64,000 nt of DNA from an uncultured Saprospiraceae bacterium (GCA_964385675.1 CAYLSF010000001.1:53651-117650); one strand, 5' to 3'; positions 9,411 through 19,161 are shown, counted from the first letter of the stretch. Made by a program: numbers and translations. Notes: generated from the sequence alone by a model not told the origin.

Positions 9411-11078
9411 TTAGTATGCATTTTCATCGAAAACCCTAAGGATGTTACCAATATACTTATTACGCTTTATGTCCTCGTATCCCATTTGAACAACATTACA
9501 GCCCTTTATATTGTTTTTACCAAAATGGTCTACACAAAACTCTAGACCATTGTCTTCATGATATGTGTCTTTTTGTTTTATATCTCCAATAACAACACAA
9601 TGAGTATTATGTCCCATTCTACTAATAAATGTTTTAATCTGAGTTGGGTCGCAATTTTGAGCTTCGTCTAAAATCATTATTGCGTTATGGTATGTATGAC
9701 CACGAATCATTTCTACCGGAATAATATCAATTTTGTTGTCTTTTAGTGCTTTATAATAGTCTTGTGCTAAGAAATCTTGTAGATATGCATGTATAAACAT
9801 AAAATAGGGTTTGGATCTTTCTTCAAGCGTCCCCGGAAGTGATCCTATTTCCCTGCCAACATTGACCAAAGACCTGCTAATAATGATTTGATCGATGTGG
9901 TTTTGCTTTAGTTGATTGACTGCCGTTTGTAGTGTAAATAAAGTATTGTGTGTAACAATAAAATTATCAGTAAGGTATAGATGGTCTTTTGAATCTATAT
10001 AAATACATTGTGTTTTTTTGTTTTTTGTCTTTTTAATAGACTTTATAATTCTTTGTGGCTGATACTTTGTTTTAGGGATGTGCGCCTGTTTTTTTCTAGG
10101 TAAGGCGAAGGGACATATATTCTCCGGCATAGAAATCCACACTCTATAGGCTCTATGTCCTTCTTGCTGTCTGTCATTATAAGTATACTTTGGTGTTCTA
10201 TCCGTAATCGTTGCCTTGCCACCTAACGACTCAACTATAAATTTGACATCATTAGCGAGGACTTCGGAAGTTGTGCAAAAATTAGAGTTATATCCATCGG
10301 TCGTACCATCTGTATCCATCAGTCCTTGTAAAACTTTTTTTCTTACTAATACTGTATTGTATTTATAGCAATCTGGAATATGCTTATAATACGATGTTGT
10401 ATTCAAATTTAATTTTTTAAGTTCTTTTTGAAGCTTGCCGCCAGATCTTAAGTAGTAGCTCATACCGTCTTTTTTAGCGGTATATTCTATCTTAAATTTA
10501 TTATATCTTCGTTCATTGGTAAATTTTTCTAATATCCACTTATCTTTAGTTGTAAAACACGGAGTGGTACCCGTAAGCGAGCCGTCGCCTATTAAGGCTC
10601 CCAAAATATACGGACTTATATTAACATCTTGTTTGTCAAATTCAACGGGCTTGGTTTGCGGTATGCTGAGACTTGCTTTTGGATATTTTTCTAAATACTG
10701 TATAATCTGTTCCGTAGTCCAGATGCTTCCGTCTTGATCTTTAGAACGGTTTTCTTGTGTAAAAATTTTCCATAGGTGTTGTCCACAACACTCAGTGTAA
10801 GAATTATCTGAAAACCATATTTGATATACTGGCGTTTCTCCTTGGGGGAATATGCCTAGAACCTTTGCTGATTTTCCATTTGGGGTAGAAACCCTATCTC
10901 CAACTTTCAACTCGCCCATTTTAGCTGGGCCTTTTGGAGTATAAACTGTGGCATCTAGGGGCTGAGCTTTTCCAGTCCCGCTTGGCCCCGCACAGATGGT
11001 GACGTGTGAGTTAATAATACTAGTAATAAGCTCTTCTTGATTTTGTGTGGGCCTAAGTTCCATTTTGTAGCGTCTCAA
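9411..11078 (-). CDS. phoH: PhoH-like ATPase interrupted by an intein
   Basis: The P-loop is split: GPSGTGK|[intein]|TLFTLQ. The C-extein carries ILDEAQN and VVIGDIKQKD, both PhoH-type motifs. Confidence 0.85.
   Translation of the reverse strand: MRRYKMELRPTQNQEELITSIINSHVTICAGPSGTGKAQPLDATVYTPKGPAKMGELKVGDRVSTPNGKSAKVLGIFPQGETPVYQIWFSDNSYTECCGQHLWKIFTQENRSKDQDGSIWTTEQIIQYLEKYPKASLSIPQTKPVEFDKQDVNISPYILGALIGDGSLTGTTPCFTTKDKWILEKFTNERRYNKFKIEYTAKKDGMSYYLRSGGKLQKELKKLNLNTTSYYKHIPDCYKYNTVLVRKKVLQGLMDTDGTTDGYNSNFCTTSEVLANDVKFIVESLGGKATITDRTPKYTYNDRQQEGHRAYRVWISMPENICPFALPRKKQAHIPKTKYQPQRIIKSIKKTKNKKTQCIYIDSKDHLYLTDNFIVTHNTLFTLQTAVNQLKQNHIDQIIISRSLVNVGREIGSLPGTLEERSKPYFMFIHAYLQDFLAQDYYKALKDNKIDIIPVEMIRGHTYHNAIMILDEAQNCDPTQIKTFISRMGHNTHCVVIGDIKQKDTYHEDNGLEFCVDHFGKNNIKGCNVVQMGYEDIKRNKYIGNILRVFDENAY
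9945..10967 (-). mobile_element. Intein (341 aa) with LAGLIDADG homing endonuclease, in the PhoH P-loop; class-3-like
   Basis: Starts AQPLDATVYT (Ala1) and ends IVTHN|T. LAGLIDADG motifs ILGALIGDGS and LQGLMDTDGT. Coordinates come from residue counting and were checked against codons. Confidence 0.8.
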
Positions 11079-11102
11079 GATTAGTTATAGTAATTTACCT
11101 TT

Positions 11103-11468
11103 CTACTCCCACATTTTACACGACCAATACCGGGCTTTAGTTTTAGGCCCAGGATTGTCGCAATTGTGCCTAGCCCTGAAAGATTTTTTCCGTTTTGGGT
11201 TATCTCTTTTAATTTCCATATTAGGGTCGCCAAAGTTGACCTTTACTACATTTCCCTTCTCATTTTTAACGTATACAGAGAATTTTTTCGGTCCATCTGG
11301 AGTTCTAAAAGGCTTATTTAAAGTGACTTTTCTTCCTTGATATTCGGCCGCTTGGCATATTTCCTGCCATTGCTCTTCAGTAATTTCTTCTGAAAAACCA
11401 AGATCTAAATAATCTTGAGCTGCCTTACTTATACTATCTTTAAATTGATGTTCCATTGTTCTCTCCAA
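11103..11468 (-). CDS. Conserved phage hypothetical protein (basic C-terminus)
   Basis: 121-aa ORF with FGDPNMEIKRDNPKRKKSFRARHNC. I do not recognise a function. Confidence 0.5.
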   Translation of the reverse strand: MERTMEHQFKDSISKAAQDYLDLGFSEEITEEQWQEICQAAEYQGRKVTLNKPFRTPDGPKKFSVYVKNEKGNVVKVNFGDPNMEIKRDNPKRKKSFRARHNCDNPGPKTKARYWSCKMWE

Positions 11469-11515
11469 CTAGTAATACACTTCTTAAAAATATCTATTTA
11501 GGATATTAATACATT

Positions 11516-12067
11516 TTACAGAAAGTGAAAGGGCGCTGATACGGAAGTTGAGTATTCTGATGCTGATTTTAAAGCGGTCATTACTCTATCTTTTGCGTCT
11601 AAATCATACTTTTCAGTAGTAAATAGAGATCCTAAGGCATAGGTAGAGCCAGATCCAATAGAGGCAAATTCATCGGTAGTTTGCCATATAGCAAAATTTC
11701 CCTCCATAATATAAATATTATTATTATATGTGAATATAAAGTCTGTATCTACAGATTCTATATCATCATTTTTATTTAAACAACCATTATTTTGGAATAA
11801 TTCTCTTAAAGACTTGGGTATGGTATAGTGTATATACTGCTCTATGCTTAATGATTGTGATTTAGGAGGAAATTTCCAGGTGGCTTTTACTAGCATACCT
11901 GGACGTAAATCTCCTGCATATCCCATTTTTTCTTTGCGGTTACCCGTAGAAGAAACTAAAAATATTTTGGGTCCTCGCATATGAACGATAGAGTCACTAT
12001 CTGAAGCTGCACTATCAGAGCCAAAAACTATTTTATCATTTTGTTTTACGCCAACAACGCAAGTCAT
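11516..12067 (-). CDS. Ntn-hydrolase, HslV/proteasome beta-subunit-like peptidase
   Basis: N-terminus MTCVVGVKQNDKIVFGSDSAAS puts Thr at position 2 after the Met, as in HslV/20S beta. GSGSTYALG lies near the C-terminus. Confidence 0.55.
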   Translation of the reverse strand: MTCVVGVKQNDKIVFGSDSAASDSDSIVHMRGPKIFLVSSTGNRKEKMGYAGDLRPGMLVKATWKFPPKSQSLSIEQYIHYTIPKSLRELFQNNGCLNKNDDIESVDTDFIFTYNNNIYIMEGNFAIWQTTDEFASIGSGSTYALGSLFTTEKYDLDAKDRVMTALKSASEYSTSVSAPFHFL

Positions 12068-12083
12068 ATTAAACCTCTATTAG

Positions 12084-12506
12084 TTAACTGCCACTACTAC
12101 CAAAGCCTTTATCCCCTCTGTCTGTTTGGTCTAGTTCATCAACTTCTTCTATCTCAAATGAACCATAAGGCTTAAACACTACTTGTGCTATCTTGTCACC
12201 TTTGCAGATTTTACGAGGGCTTAAAGGACTGAGGTTTTGTATCAATACAATATATTCGCCAGTATATGACTCATCACAAACGCCGCCTCGAATAGCTATA
12301 CCTTCTGACCCTAGGCCGGACCTTTCACAAATATGAGCATAATATCCAGGAGGAGGGCTTATTGCCACGCCAGTTCTAATTTTAGTAGCCTCGCTATGTT
12401 GAGGTAGCATAACATCTTCAATTGAGAATAAGTCATATCCCGCATCAGTATGACGAGATCTAGCGGGTATCTTTGCGTCTTTATGTAATCTTTTAACTTT
12501 AATCAT
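12084..12506 (-). CDS. dut: dUTP diphosphatase
   Basis: The five dUTPase motifs are readable: AGYDL, RSGLG, GVCDESYTGE, KGDKIAQ and RGDKGFGSSG. Confidence 0.85.
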   Translation of the reverse strand: MIKVKRLHKDAKIPARSRHTDAGYDLFSIEDVMLPQHSEATKIRTGVAISPPPGYYAHICERSGLGSEGIAIRGGVCDESYTGEYIVLIQNLSPLSPRKICKGDKIAQVVFKPYGSFEIEEVDELDQTDRGDKGFGSSGS

Positions 12507-12971
12507 CTACCTAGAAGTCCTTATTTTTTTAATATCTAGAAACTCTACTTTAATGTTTTGCTTATTAGCTACCACTTGTAATTGTAAATACTTCTTAATG
12601 TCATCATCTGGCTTTTTTAGTATAATAATTTTTGGTTTCTTTCCAGTCATCGCTGCGTAATAAAGAGACTGGCCTACGGCCTCGGGCCACTTAGAAAGCC
12701 ACTCTACTTCTATTGCATATTCATTAGTTAGTATATCTACTCTTGATCGATCTGGCAAGGAATATTCCGGCACGCCTTTTGTGGCCGGCTGACGAGATAG
12801 ATATTTTGACCAATCGATTTCCCTCCAAGAGGAGGTATCTCCGGGCAAATCTCTAAAGTCAAAAGTTTGGGCATATGCCGTGCAACTGATGATGCTAAAT
12901 ATAATAGCAAATAAAATTGTACTGTAAGTAATTCTAACTGTTGTTGTGTTTTTGGTTAGTTTCTTATTCAT
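12507..12971 (-). CDS. Secreted or membrane-anchored hypothetical protein
   Basis: N-terminal hydrophobic segment ILFAIIFSIISCTAYA. RVDIL..AIEVEW..K could be a PD-(D/E)XK-like core, but the match is weak. Confidence 0.45.
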   Translation of the reverse strand: MNKKLTKNTTTVRITYSTILFAIIFSIISCTAYAQTFDFRDLPGDTSSWREIDWSKYLSRQPATKGVPEYSLPDRSRVDILTNEYAIEVEWLSKWPEAVGQSLYYAAMTGKKPKIIILKKPDDDIKKYLQLQVVANKQNIKVEFLDIKKIRTSR

Positions 12972-13452
12972 TTTTTGGGATGGGGTTTTGGGGGGTATTT
13001 AAGTTATTCAAAAATTTATTTAAGTAAAATATTTCCAGCGATGTCGAGTTACTTTTAATTTGATTTGCTCGCCAGCTAATTATCTGAACATTTCCTTTTA
13101 TATATCCTTTGGAACTATCTATCCTATCTATTGATGGGCTGGCATCGCCGGAAAAACTTTGAATTTTAATCCAAGGAAGTACTGGACAATATTCAGGTAT
13201 AGTAATGTCTTCGGATGAAATGTTAAATTCAATATTTTTTTTGTTCGCTCTTCGCTTAGCGCACGACACTAAATATTTTTTTATATCTAAATTTGGAGAG
13301 TTTCTTAGCGCATATGGTAAATTTTTGTTTTTACTCCTCTGGTCTCTGTTGGTTTGTACATTTCTACATCTTTTACAGCAATAAAAATGATTTTTACGTT
13401 TTGGTTGAAATTTTCTTTCACATGTATCAGATTTACAGATTTTGGCATTCAT
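12964..13452 (-). CDS. HNH endonuclease (free-standing, homing-type)
   Basis: SIDRIDSSKGYIKGNVQIISWRANQIKSN is a typical phage HNH core. An N-terminal Cys cluster is also present. Confidence 0.7.
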   Translation of the reverse strand: MNAKICKSDTCERKFQPKRKNHFYCCKRCRNVQTNRDQRSKNKNLPYALRNSPNLDIKKYLVSCAKRRANKKNIEFNISSEDITIPEYCPVLPWIKIQSFSGDASPSIDRIDSSKGYIKGNVQIISWRANQIKSNSTSLEIFYLNKFLNNLNTPQNPIPKNE

Positions 13453-14017
13453 ATATTCTTGCGCTCATATTGTCACAGTTATGCAAAATCCATGCTATTG
13501 TTGTTTTAGGCTGTACATAAGAACCCCATTGTGGTAGCTGATGATGAGCTAAAATAGCATGGGAAACTTCAAATATGTCATCTTCTGATATATTGTTTTT
13601 CGTTGCTGATATTGCCCATATATGGAAGGATCTTGGTATGTGATATATCTTATATTTGTGTTCTGATGATATCCATTTTGAAGAGTACTTTACAGAGCTA
13701 TTGTTAGTTGTATGACTATAACTCTGATCGTAATCGAATGTCTTTCCTATGTCATGGTATAAAGCAGCATACATTAAATTTAAATGCTCTTTATCAGATA
13801 TTTTTCTTTGCTTTGCTACACAATCACATAATTCTAAGACTTCTAATGTATGCTGCAAAAGCCCATTATCACCATAATGATGAACACGGGCATCTCCAGA
13901 TCCGCTACACATTAAAAACTTATTATCTAATAGAACTTCATCTATAACATTTTGATTAGCATTTGTAAAGTTAGAAAATAGCTCTCTGATTTTATTTACT
14001 TTTTCATCTATATTCAT
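13433..14017 (-). CDS. HD-domain phosphohydrolase
   Basis: H..(LQHTLEV) followed by AALYHDIGK, the HD motif. Confidence 0.7.
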   Translation of the reverse strand: MNIDEKVNKIRELFSNFTNANQNVIDEVLLDNKFLMCSGSGDARVHHYGDNGLLQHTLEVLELCDCVAKQRKISDKEHLNLMYAALYHDIGKTFDYDQSYSHTTNNSSVKYSSKWISSEHKYKIYHIPRSFHIWAISATKNNISEDDIFEVSHAILAHHQLPQWGSYVQPKTTIAWILHNCDNMSARIYECQNL

Positions 14018-14142
14018 TTATCTTTATTCTTATAGTCCTGTATTCTTTTTTTCAATTTCCATAAATGAAATCCAAGGATAATAAAAAATCTTCTTATTAA
14101 TCGTTGTACTTTTCTCTTTTGCCTTCTGGTATACTTATTCAT
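14014..14142 (-). CDS. Small basic/hydrophobic ORF (42 aa), translationally coupled on both sides
   Basis: Below the track cutoff. Its ATG overlaps the nrdJ stop (TAATG) and its TGA overlaps the next ATG (ATGA). Translation MNKYTRRQKRKVQRLIRRFFIILGFHLWKLKKRIQDYKNKDK. Confidence 0.4.
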   Translation of the reverse strand: MNKYTRRQKRKVQRLIRRFFIILGFHLWKLKKRIQDYKNKDK

Positions 14143-17100
14143 TACACAATCTCACAAGCTCCACCAGAACAGGCCTGACCTGATAAAGTATCAGCATCTG
14201 TAAACTCAGGCCCACAATCCATCGACTCCCAATTTACATTTTGATATTCTCTAGATAGGTCACACCAAGACTTCCAAAGAAAAACGTGCTTGCAGCAATA
14301 GGTTGCTTTTCTCTCGTTGTTATCAAAGTACCTTTGTGCAAATTGCTTAAGCCTTCTTACCCAGTCTTTCTTCAGCTCATGCTTGTCATAAGCTTCTCTC
14401 TCTTCAAAGTATTTAGCTAAATCTTTGTAATTTCTAGTCTTAGGGTATTGTGGCTCTTTAGGCTTTTCATTATCTAGTGAATTATCTATACCTAAAGCAC
14501 AATTACAAGCTAGCCATAAATCATCAAATGCTTCTAAGCCAGCGGTAATAAGTCCGCTAGCAAATACGGCTGCGTCTCCATATTCTTTTACTAGCTCATT
14601 AGGAGTTAGCACAGTAGAGAAAGGAGCTTGAGCATAGTCTAAGTCGCCACTTGAAGGTAGCAATGATATACCACTAAAATACTCTCTATTATCATAGATA
14701 TACTTTTCTACTTCGTCCCACTCTTCTTGTTGAACGATAATAGTGTTAGATATATTATGGGTAATGTCTGGGTTAAGCCCTCTGTTTTTTATTGTGCCCG
14801 GTAGGACCCAATTCTTTTGAGCAAACTTAACTTTTTCTAAGAAGTCAATAGCGCTTAGTTGATTTTTTACAATAGAACCAGGAGGAACTTCGCAAATAAA
14901 CGAAATTACTTCATCGCTATTATTAGCGTCCCAAACAGAATTTTCTACTGCATTTGGATTAAACTTTTTAAAGTGCTGTAGAGCGCTGTCTTGTTTATTA
15001 GATTGAACTCTTCTAATATATCTTCTAGCATGATGAGGATGTATACCAGAAGAAGTACTAAGAATACAAGATGTTGATCCAGATGGTTTGGCGCATGTTA
15101 GTCTAGCAGCAGGATTGATACCTATTAGCTTAGCTATTTTTTCATTTGTTTTTTTGATAATCTTTACGCCATTTTTTAGTATCTTTTCATCAAAGAAAAT
15201 ATGAGGATTAGACATCCATCCTGTAATAGAGCAGCCAAGCAATGACTCATGCTGAACTATTTTTTCTGTTGTTTCACCTAGATATGGGAAGCTATTATAA
15301 CCAGCCTGAAGAGTTCCTATAATTGCTGATGCTTCGCATTGCTCATAAAACTTTTCTGGAGTGTCACAGTACCCACCATTAATATCTGTAAGATTACAGA
15401 AGCTCATTCCTGTATCACCGTTTTCTAACTGTGGCCAGAATCCGATTTCACAATTATGAAGTAAAAATCCATTACCATCAAAAGACGATGTGCTGGGCAC
15501 TGTACAGTCATATACCTTTTTCTCTTCTAGTAACTTAATTGAATTAATCGTTACTTGAAACTTATCCTTATTAGGAGATCTTTTATATTGACTTATTAAG
15601 TCGATTAGCTTATTTTGCTTTTCTTTATTATTAAAACCAATATACTCATTAAATTTAACTATCGATTCATTGGAAATGACTAAATCGTGCCAAGCTTTAC
15701 ATAGATATTGTTTATATGCCCCCTTTCCATCCGGCATAAGTTTATATCTATCGTCTTCTCTGTTGGTGTAAATCTTGGAGAAGATTCCAATTTTTTGGAG
15801 AATCTGTTGCGCTATTTTAAGATTATTTAGGTTTGTCGAGCATAGTCTAACTGATATGCCTTTGTTTTGATTTCCTTGGACTGATCCGTCTGCATCAAAC
15901 CAACCTTTTAGTAGTCCTTCGCAAAAATTAGACGAACAAGACCATATATTTTTATTTATATTTTTGTTACTTAATATGTCAAATCTGTTAATAAGACTTG
16001 TTAGGTAGTTAGATTTTACTCTTGTGCTTTTAACACCATTAATATTAACAGACTTATATTCTGATATGTCGCATTGACCGTGAGCATTTGTTAAATATTC
16101 AGCGGCAAGCTTAGGCATATATGATTCTTCTTGGCCCCAATACTGAAGGTAATGTTGATTTTGATCGGAGGTTCCGTCTCCAAGATACGAACCAATAAGC
16201 CATCCTTGTTCTTTCTCGCCATATCCTTCCCATGTATTGTAACCTGGGTTATTGATTTCTACAACATCACCTATATTTAGGTCTTTTAGCTCTATCCATT
16301 GACCATTAGACATAAATCTATGATCATTTGTTACTTCTACACTAAAACCTTCCTGCGTAGAAACTTCCCAAAGTACCTTAGATCCAGATTCAAAAAATCC
16401 TTCTTCTGATGAATTAGCATGTTTACCATTTATGATAGTTGTAAATTCTTTTCCTACTAACTCTCCAGCGGTTTTGATGCCTTTAGTTGTATGGACAAGA
16501 GTATTTTCCGAAACGCAGCAAGGATTACAGCTCACAAATTCTGGATCTTCACAAAAATAAACACCCGGCTCACCATATTCACGAACGTTCTTCATGATTT
16601 CTTTATAATCATCAAACGAAATATCATTTCTATTAATAACTACAGAATTATTAGCCCTGGCTCTTTGTGGATTATCAATGAACCAATTCCCAGTTTTGCA
16701 CGCTGCCATTTCTAGGTCGTTTTCAGAAAAAAGACTAATCAAAGCAGATCTTCTTAATCCGGCGCTAATAACAAAATCAGCCGCGTGACAGATAATATCA
16801 TGACAATCAAGCGGAGATAATCTATCTTGATTTGCTTTAATTTTATCTTCTAGTAGTTTTTCAATCTTTATAAGACCATTTTTAAGAGGTTCAGAGCCGG
16901 GAGCTTTAAATCTCTTTGCTATAAGAGCGCCCTTTGGTCTAATCTTAGAAAAATCAAATACTACTTTTTTGTTTTTATACTCTGGAAACGTAGTATTTTT
17001 ACTAAAGAAAGATGATAGTAAAACGCCCACTGAGTCTGCCCACCCCTCACACGAGTCTGGGATTACAAACTTCTTTGTGGAATTAGACCTTTTTGTTATT

Positions 17101-17492
17101 TTGGGTAGCTTTTTTACATGGTGTTTTTGTACGCTATATCCCGCGCCACAGCCCGCCATCAAAACAAATACTATGTCTTGAAATGCTTTGGGCTTGTCAA
17201 TTAGGGTGCCAGTACAATTATATAGCCTTTCATTTTTATCTAAAATAGGGCTGCCACCATATTGAAGCGCCCTCTGAGACCCTAGAGTGCGCTTTTTTTC
17301 GTATTGTTTTTGCGCAAAAACGACAGCATTTTTAAGCTCATCGGAAGCTTCTATTTGTTCCTTGTACTTTTCTCTATGCATATCAAAAATTCGGTCGACC
17401 GCCTCTGACCAAATTTCTTTTCTATTTTTATCATAATTAAATTGTGAGTATCTAGATTGAAATGTATATTCTGAAAGTGCTTGTATGCTCAT
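14142..17492 (-). CDS. nrdJ: Ribonucleotide reductase, class II (NrdJ-like), interrupted by an intein
   Basis: Single 761-aa extein. The active-site NPC|[intein]|CEI junction matches the class II NPCGEI motif. C-terminal redox Cys pair CSGGAC. No NrdB partner in the window. Confidence 0.8.
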   Translation of the reverse strand: MSIQALSEYTFQSRYSQFNYDKNRKEIWSEAVDRIFDMHREKYKEQIEASDELKNAVVFAQKQYEKKRTLGSQRALQYGGSPILDKNERLYNCTGTLIDKPKAFQDIVFVLMAGCGAGYSVQKHHVKKLPKITKRSNSTKKFVIPDSCEGWADSVGVLLSSFFSKNTTFPEYKNKKVVFDFSKIRPKGALIAKRFKAPGSEPLKNGLIKIEKLLEDKIKANQDRLSPLDCHDIICHAADFVISAGLRRSALISLFSENDLEMAACKTGNWFIDNPQRARANNSVVINRNDISFDDYKEIMKNVREYGEPGVYFCEDPEFVSCNPCCVSENTLVHTTKGIKTAGELVGKEFTTIINGKHANSSEEGFFESGSKVLWEVSTQEGFSVEVTNDHRFMSNGQWIELKDLNIGDVVEINNPGYNTWEGYGEKEQGWLIGSYLGDGTSDQNQHYLQYWGQEESYMPKLAAEYLTNAHGQCDISEYKSVNINGVKSTRVKSNYLTSLINRFDILSNKNINKNIWSCSSNFCEGLLKGWFDADGSVQGNQNKGISVRLCSTNLNNLKIAQQILQKIGIFSKIYTNREDDRYKLMPDGKGAYKQYLCKAWHDLVISNESIVKFNEYIGFNNKEKQNKLIDLISQYKRSPNKDKFQVTINSIKLLEEKKVYDCTVPSTSSFDGNGFLLHNCEIGFWPQLENGDTGMSFCNLTDINGGYCDTPEKFYEQCEASAIIGTLQAGYNSFPYLGETTEKIVQHESLLGCSITGWMSNPHIFFDEKILKNGVKIIKKTNEKIAKLIGINPAARLTCAKPSGSTSCILSTSSGIHPHHARRYIRRVQSNKQDSALQHFKKFNPNAVENSVWDANNSDEVISFICEVPPGSIVKNQLSAIDFLEKVKFAQKNWVLPGTIKNRGLNPDITHNISNTIIVQQEEWDEVEKYIYDNREYFSGISLLPSSGDLDYAQAPFSTVLTPNELVKEYGDAAVFASGLITAGLEAFDDLWLACNCALGIDNSLDNEKPKEPQYPKTRNYKDLAKYFEEREAYDKHELKKDWVRRLKQFAQRYFDNNERKATYCCKHVFLWKSWCDLSREYQNVNWESMDCGPEFTDADTLSGQACSGGACEIV
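15453..16517 (-). mobile_element. Intein (355 aa) with LAGLIDADG homing endonuclease in the RNR active site
   Basis: Starts CVSENTLVHT and ends GFLLHN|C. LAGLIDADG motifs LIGSYLGDGT and LLKGWFDADGS. Boundary codons checked in the DNA. Confidence 0.85.
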
Positions 17493-17501
17493 GTTCTTTT
17501 T

Positions 17502-18101
17502 TTATTTACTTGCCCACTTAAATAGATTTTTAATTTTCCATACTTCGTTTAGAGGAACTTCTTTACTTTCGTTAAAGCTGTTCTCTGCGTCCCACATTAA
17601 ATAGGAGATTGTTTGGTCGTCTAAAAATTGTAATTCTAGCTCTTTATTATTTTTCCCTTTTACTTCAATTTGAAGAGAGCCTAAACTGACTGGAACAATT
17701 CTTGTAGAACTAATATCTATTAAGCTTGACATGGATGTTATTAGGTCCTTAGCTGCTTTTATAATTAAGGAATTAATTTGCTTGCTATGTGGACCATCCC
17801 AACCCGCCTCTAGTTTGGATAGGTTGTTAATTTGTTCTAAGAGTTTATTATTTTTTTTAGATCTAGTTCTTTTCTTCTTTTTAGTCGTGCCGCTATTTCG
17901 GTTATAAAAGGATTCTAATTCTTCTGCTTTGCTAGTAGTTATTGTTTTTGTTGTTCCTGTAGGTAACCCGTCTGAGTTTCTAACTTGTACTACTAGTTCA
18001 AATATTGGCTCAGAGTCAAAATCAGGTTGTTTAGCTTTGTTTCTTCTAACTAAAGCATCTAGCTCAGGATTAGGTAGGGGAAATGGTGGTTTTTTATTCA
18101 T
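17502..18101 (-). CDS. Hypothetical protein
   Basis: 199-aa ORF in the gene-strand series. Confidence 0.5.
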   Translation of the reverse strand: MNKKPPFPLPNPELDALVRRNKAKQPDFDSEPIFELVVQVRNSDGLPTGTTKTITTSKAEELESFYNRNSGTTKKKKRTRSKKNNKLLEQINNLSKLEAGWDGPHSKQINSLIIKAAKDLITSMSSLIDISSTRIVPVSLGSLQIEVKGKNNKELELQFLDDQTISYLMWDAENSFNESKEVPLNEVWKIKNLFKWASK

Positions 18102-18115
18102 TGTATATTGCCTAA

Positions 18116-18673
18116 TTATTTTAATAATTCCTTAAAAATATCTAGATTTATTTCAACTTCTTCTACTTCCAGTTGATATTGCGTGAGGTATTTTAGAAGT
18201 TCAAATTGCTCTTTATGAGCCGTATTTTGCATACATACTGGTTTGTTATGTACTTTAGGAACGTAGATTTTAGCGATTCCTGCTTGCCAAAGTTTTTGAT
18301 AACATGGGCAACATGGATACCCAGTAATATATGCTATACAACCTTCTGTTGGAGAGCCTTTTCTAGCTGCATTTATTATACAATTATCTTCAGCATGTAA
18401 GAAGTATTTTTCCTTAGAAATTACAATATCTTTATTATATTCGTAATTTGGTAGGAGTTTATCGTTTATACCTCTGAGAACGCCGTTATAGCCCTCTGAG
18501 ACGATATTATTATTCCTCACAAAAATACACCCACATTTTGTTCGTGCGTCATGTGAGCGTAATGAGGAGATCTGAGCATGCATCAGCCATTTGCTATGCC
18601 AATCTATTCTTTTAGAAGTCTTATTTAGATTTAGAGTATTTACTTTCTCTATTATCTCTTCTGGCTTTCTCAA
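18116..18673 (-). CDS. dCMP deaminase
   Basis: Zinc motifs HAEDNCI and PCCPCYQKL. TTG start according to the track. Confidence 0.8.
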   Translation of the reverse strand: MRKPEEIIEKVNTLNLNKTSKRIDWHSKWLMHAQISSLRSHDARTKCGCIFVRNNNIVSEGYNGVLRGINDKLLPNYEYNKDIVISKEKYFLHAEDNCIINAARKGSPTEGCIAYITGYPCCPCYQKLWQAGIAKIYVPKVHNKPVCMQNTAHKEQFELLKYLTQYQLEVEEVEINLDIFKELLK

Positions 18674-18862
18674 GATTAGTCCTTTAGTATAATTCTAGTC
18701 TTATGGAGTGTCGTTAACTGTATTATTTGCGGTCATATTGATCATTGTTAGATTAGACTCGGAATAAATACCGCACTCTTCGATATTTGAGTCTCTTAGA
18801 TACTTATTGTCGGTTCTACTAAAGGGTCAAGAGCCGGATCAATAGATAGTTTGTAGACATTT

Positions 18863-19159
18863 TTAAGACCTAAGTAAAAGTATTAATTCTATTATTTTAG
18901 GGATAATAAGAATTAGCTGAAGAACTAGAAGTACTGATATTCCACATTCATGCCTTACTTTTTTTCTTAGCGAATGCCCTCTTAGTCCTTGGTCATAAAA
19001 GTATACAGTAGCGGGTATAAAGTTGGGAGTATGCTGTTTGTCAGAAAGATCTAAACCGCATAGAGTCATAGCTTCCCAAGCTATTCCTCCATTATTTCTA
19101 AGATTGCTGTAAATTTGTTGTGATAAATTACATTGATCTGGGCTTAGGCTGAAATCCAT
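18863..19159 (-). CDS. Hypothetical protein with C-terminal membrane anchor
   Basis: Starts 2 nt after the upstream stop. C-terminal hydrophobic VLLVLQLILIIPKIIELILLL. Confidence 0.4.
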   Translation of the reverse strand: MDFSLSPDQCNLSQQIYSNLRNNGGIAWEAMTLCGLDLSDKQHTPNFIPATVYFYDQGLRGHSLRKKVRHECGISVLLVLQLILIIPKIIELILLLRS

Positions 19160-19161
19160 GT

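Noticed and set aside
18674-18862. 189-nt ORF-free gap searched for a tRNA, small RNA or promoter.
   Set aside because: I found only a 6-bp AGACTC/GAGTCT hairpin, weak TTGACC and TATACT hexamers with wrong spacing, and ORFs of 13-14 codons. Nothing is supportable.
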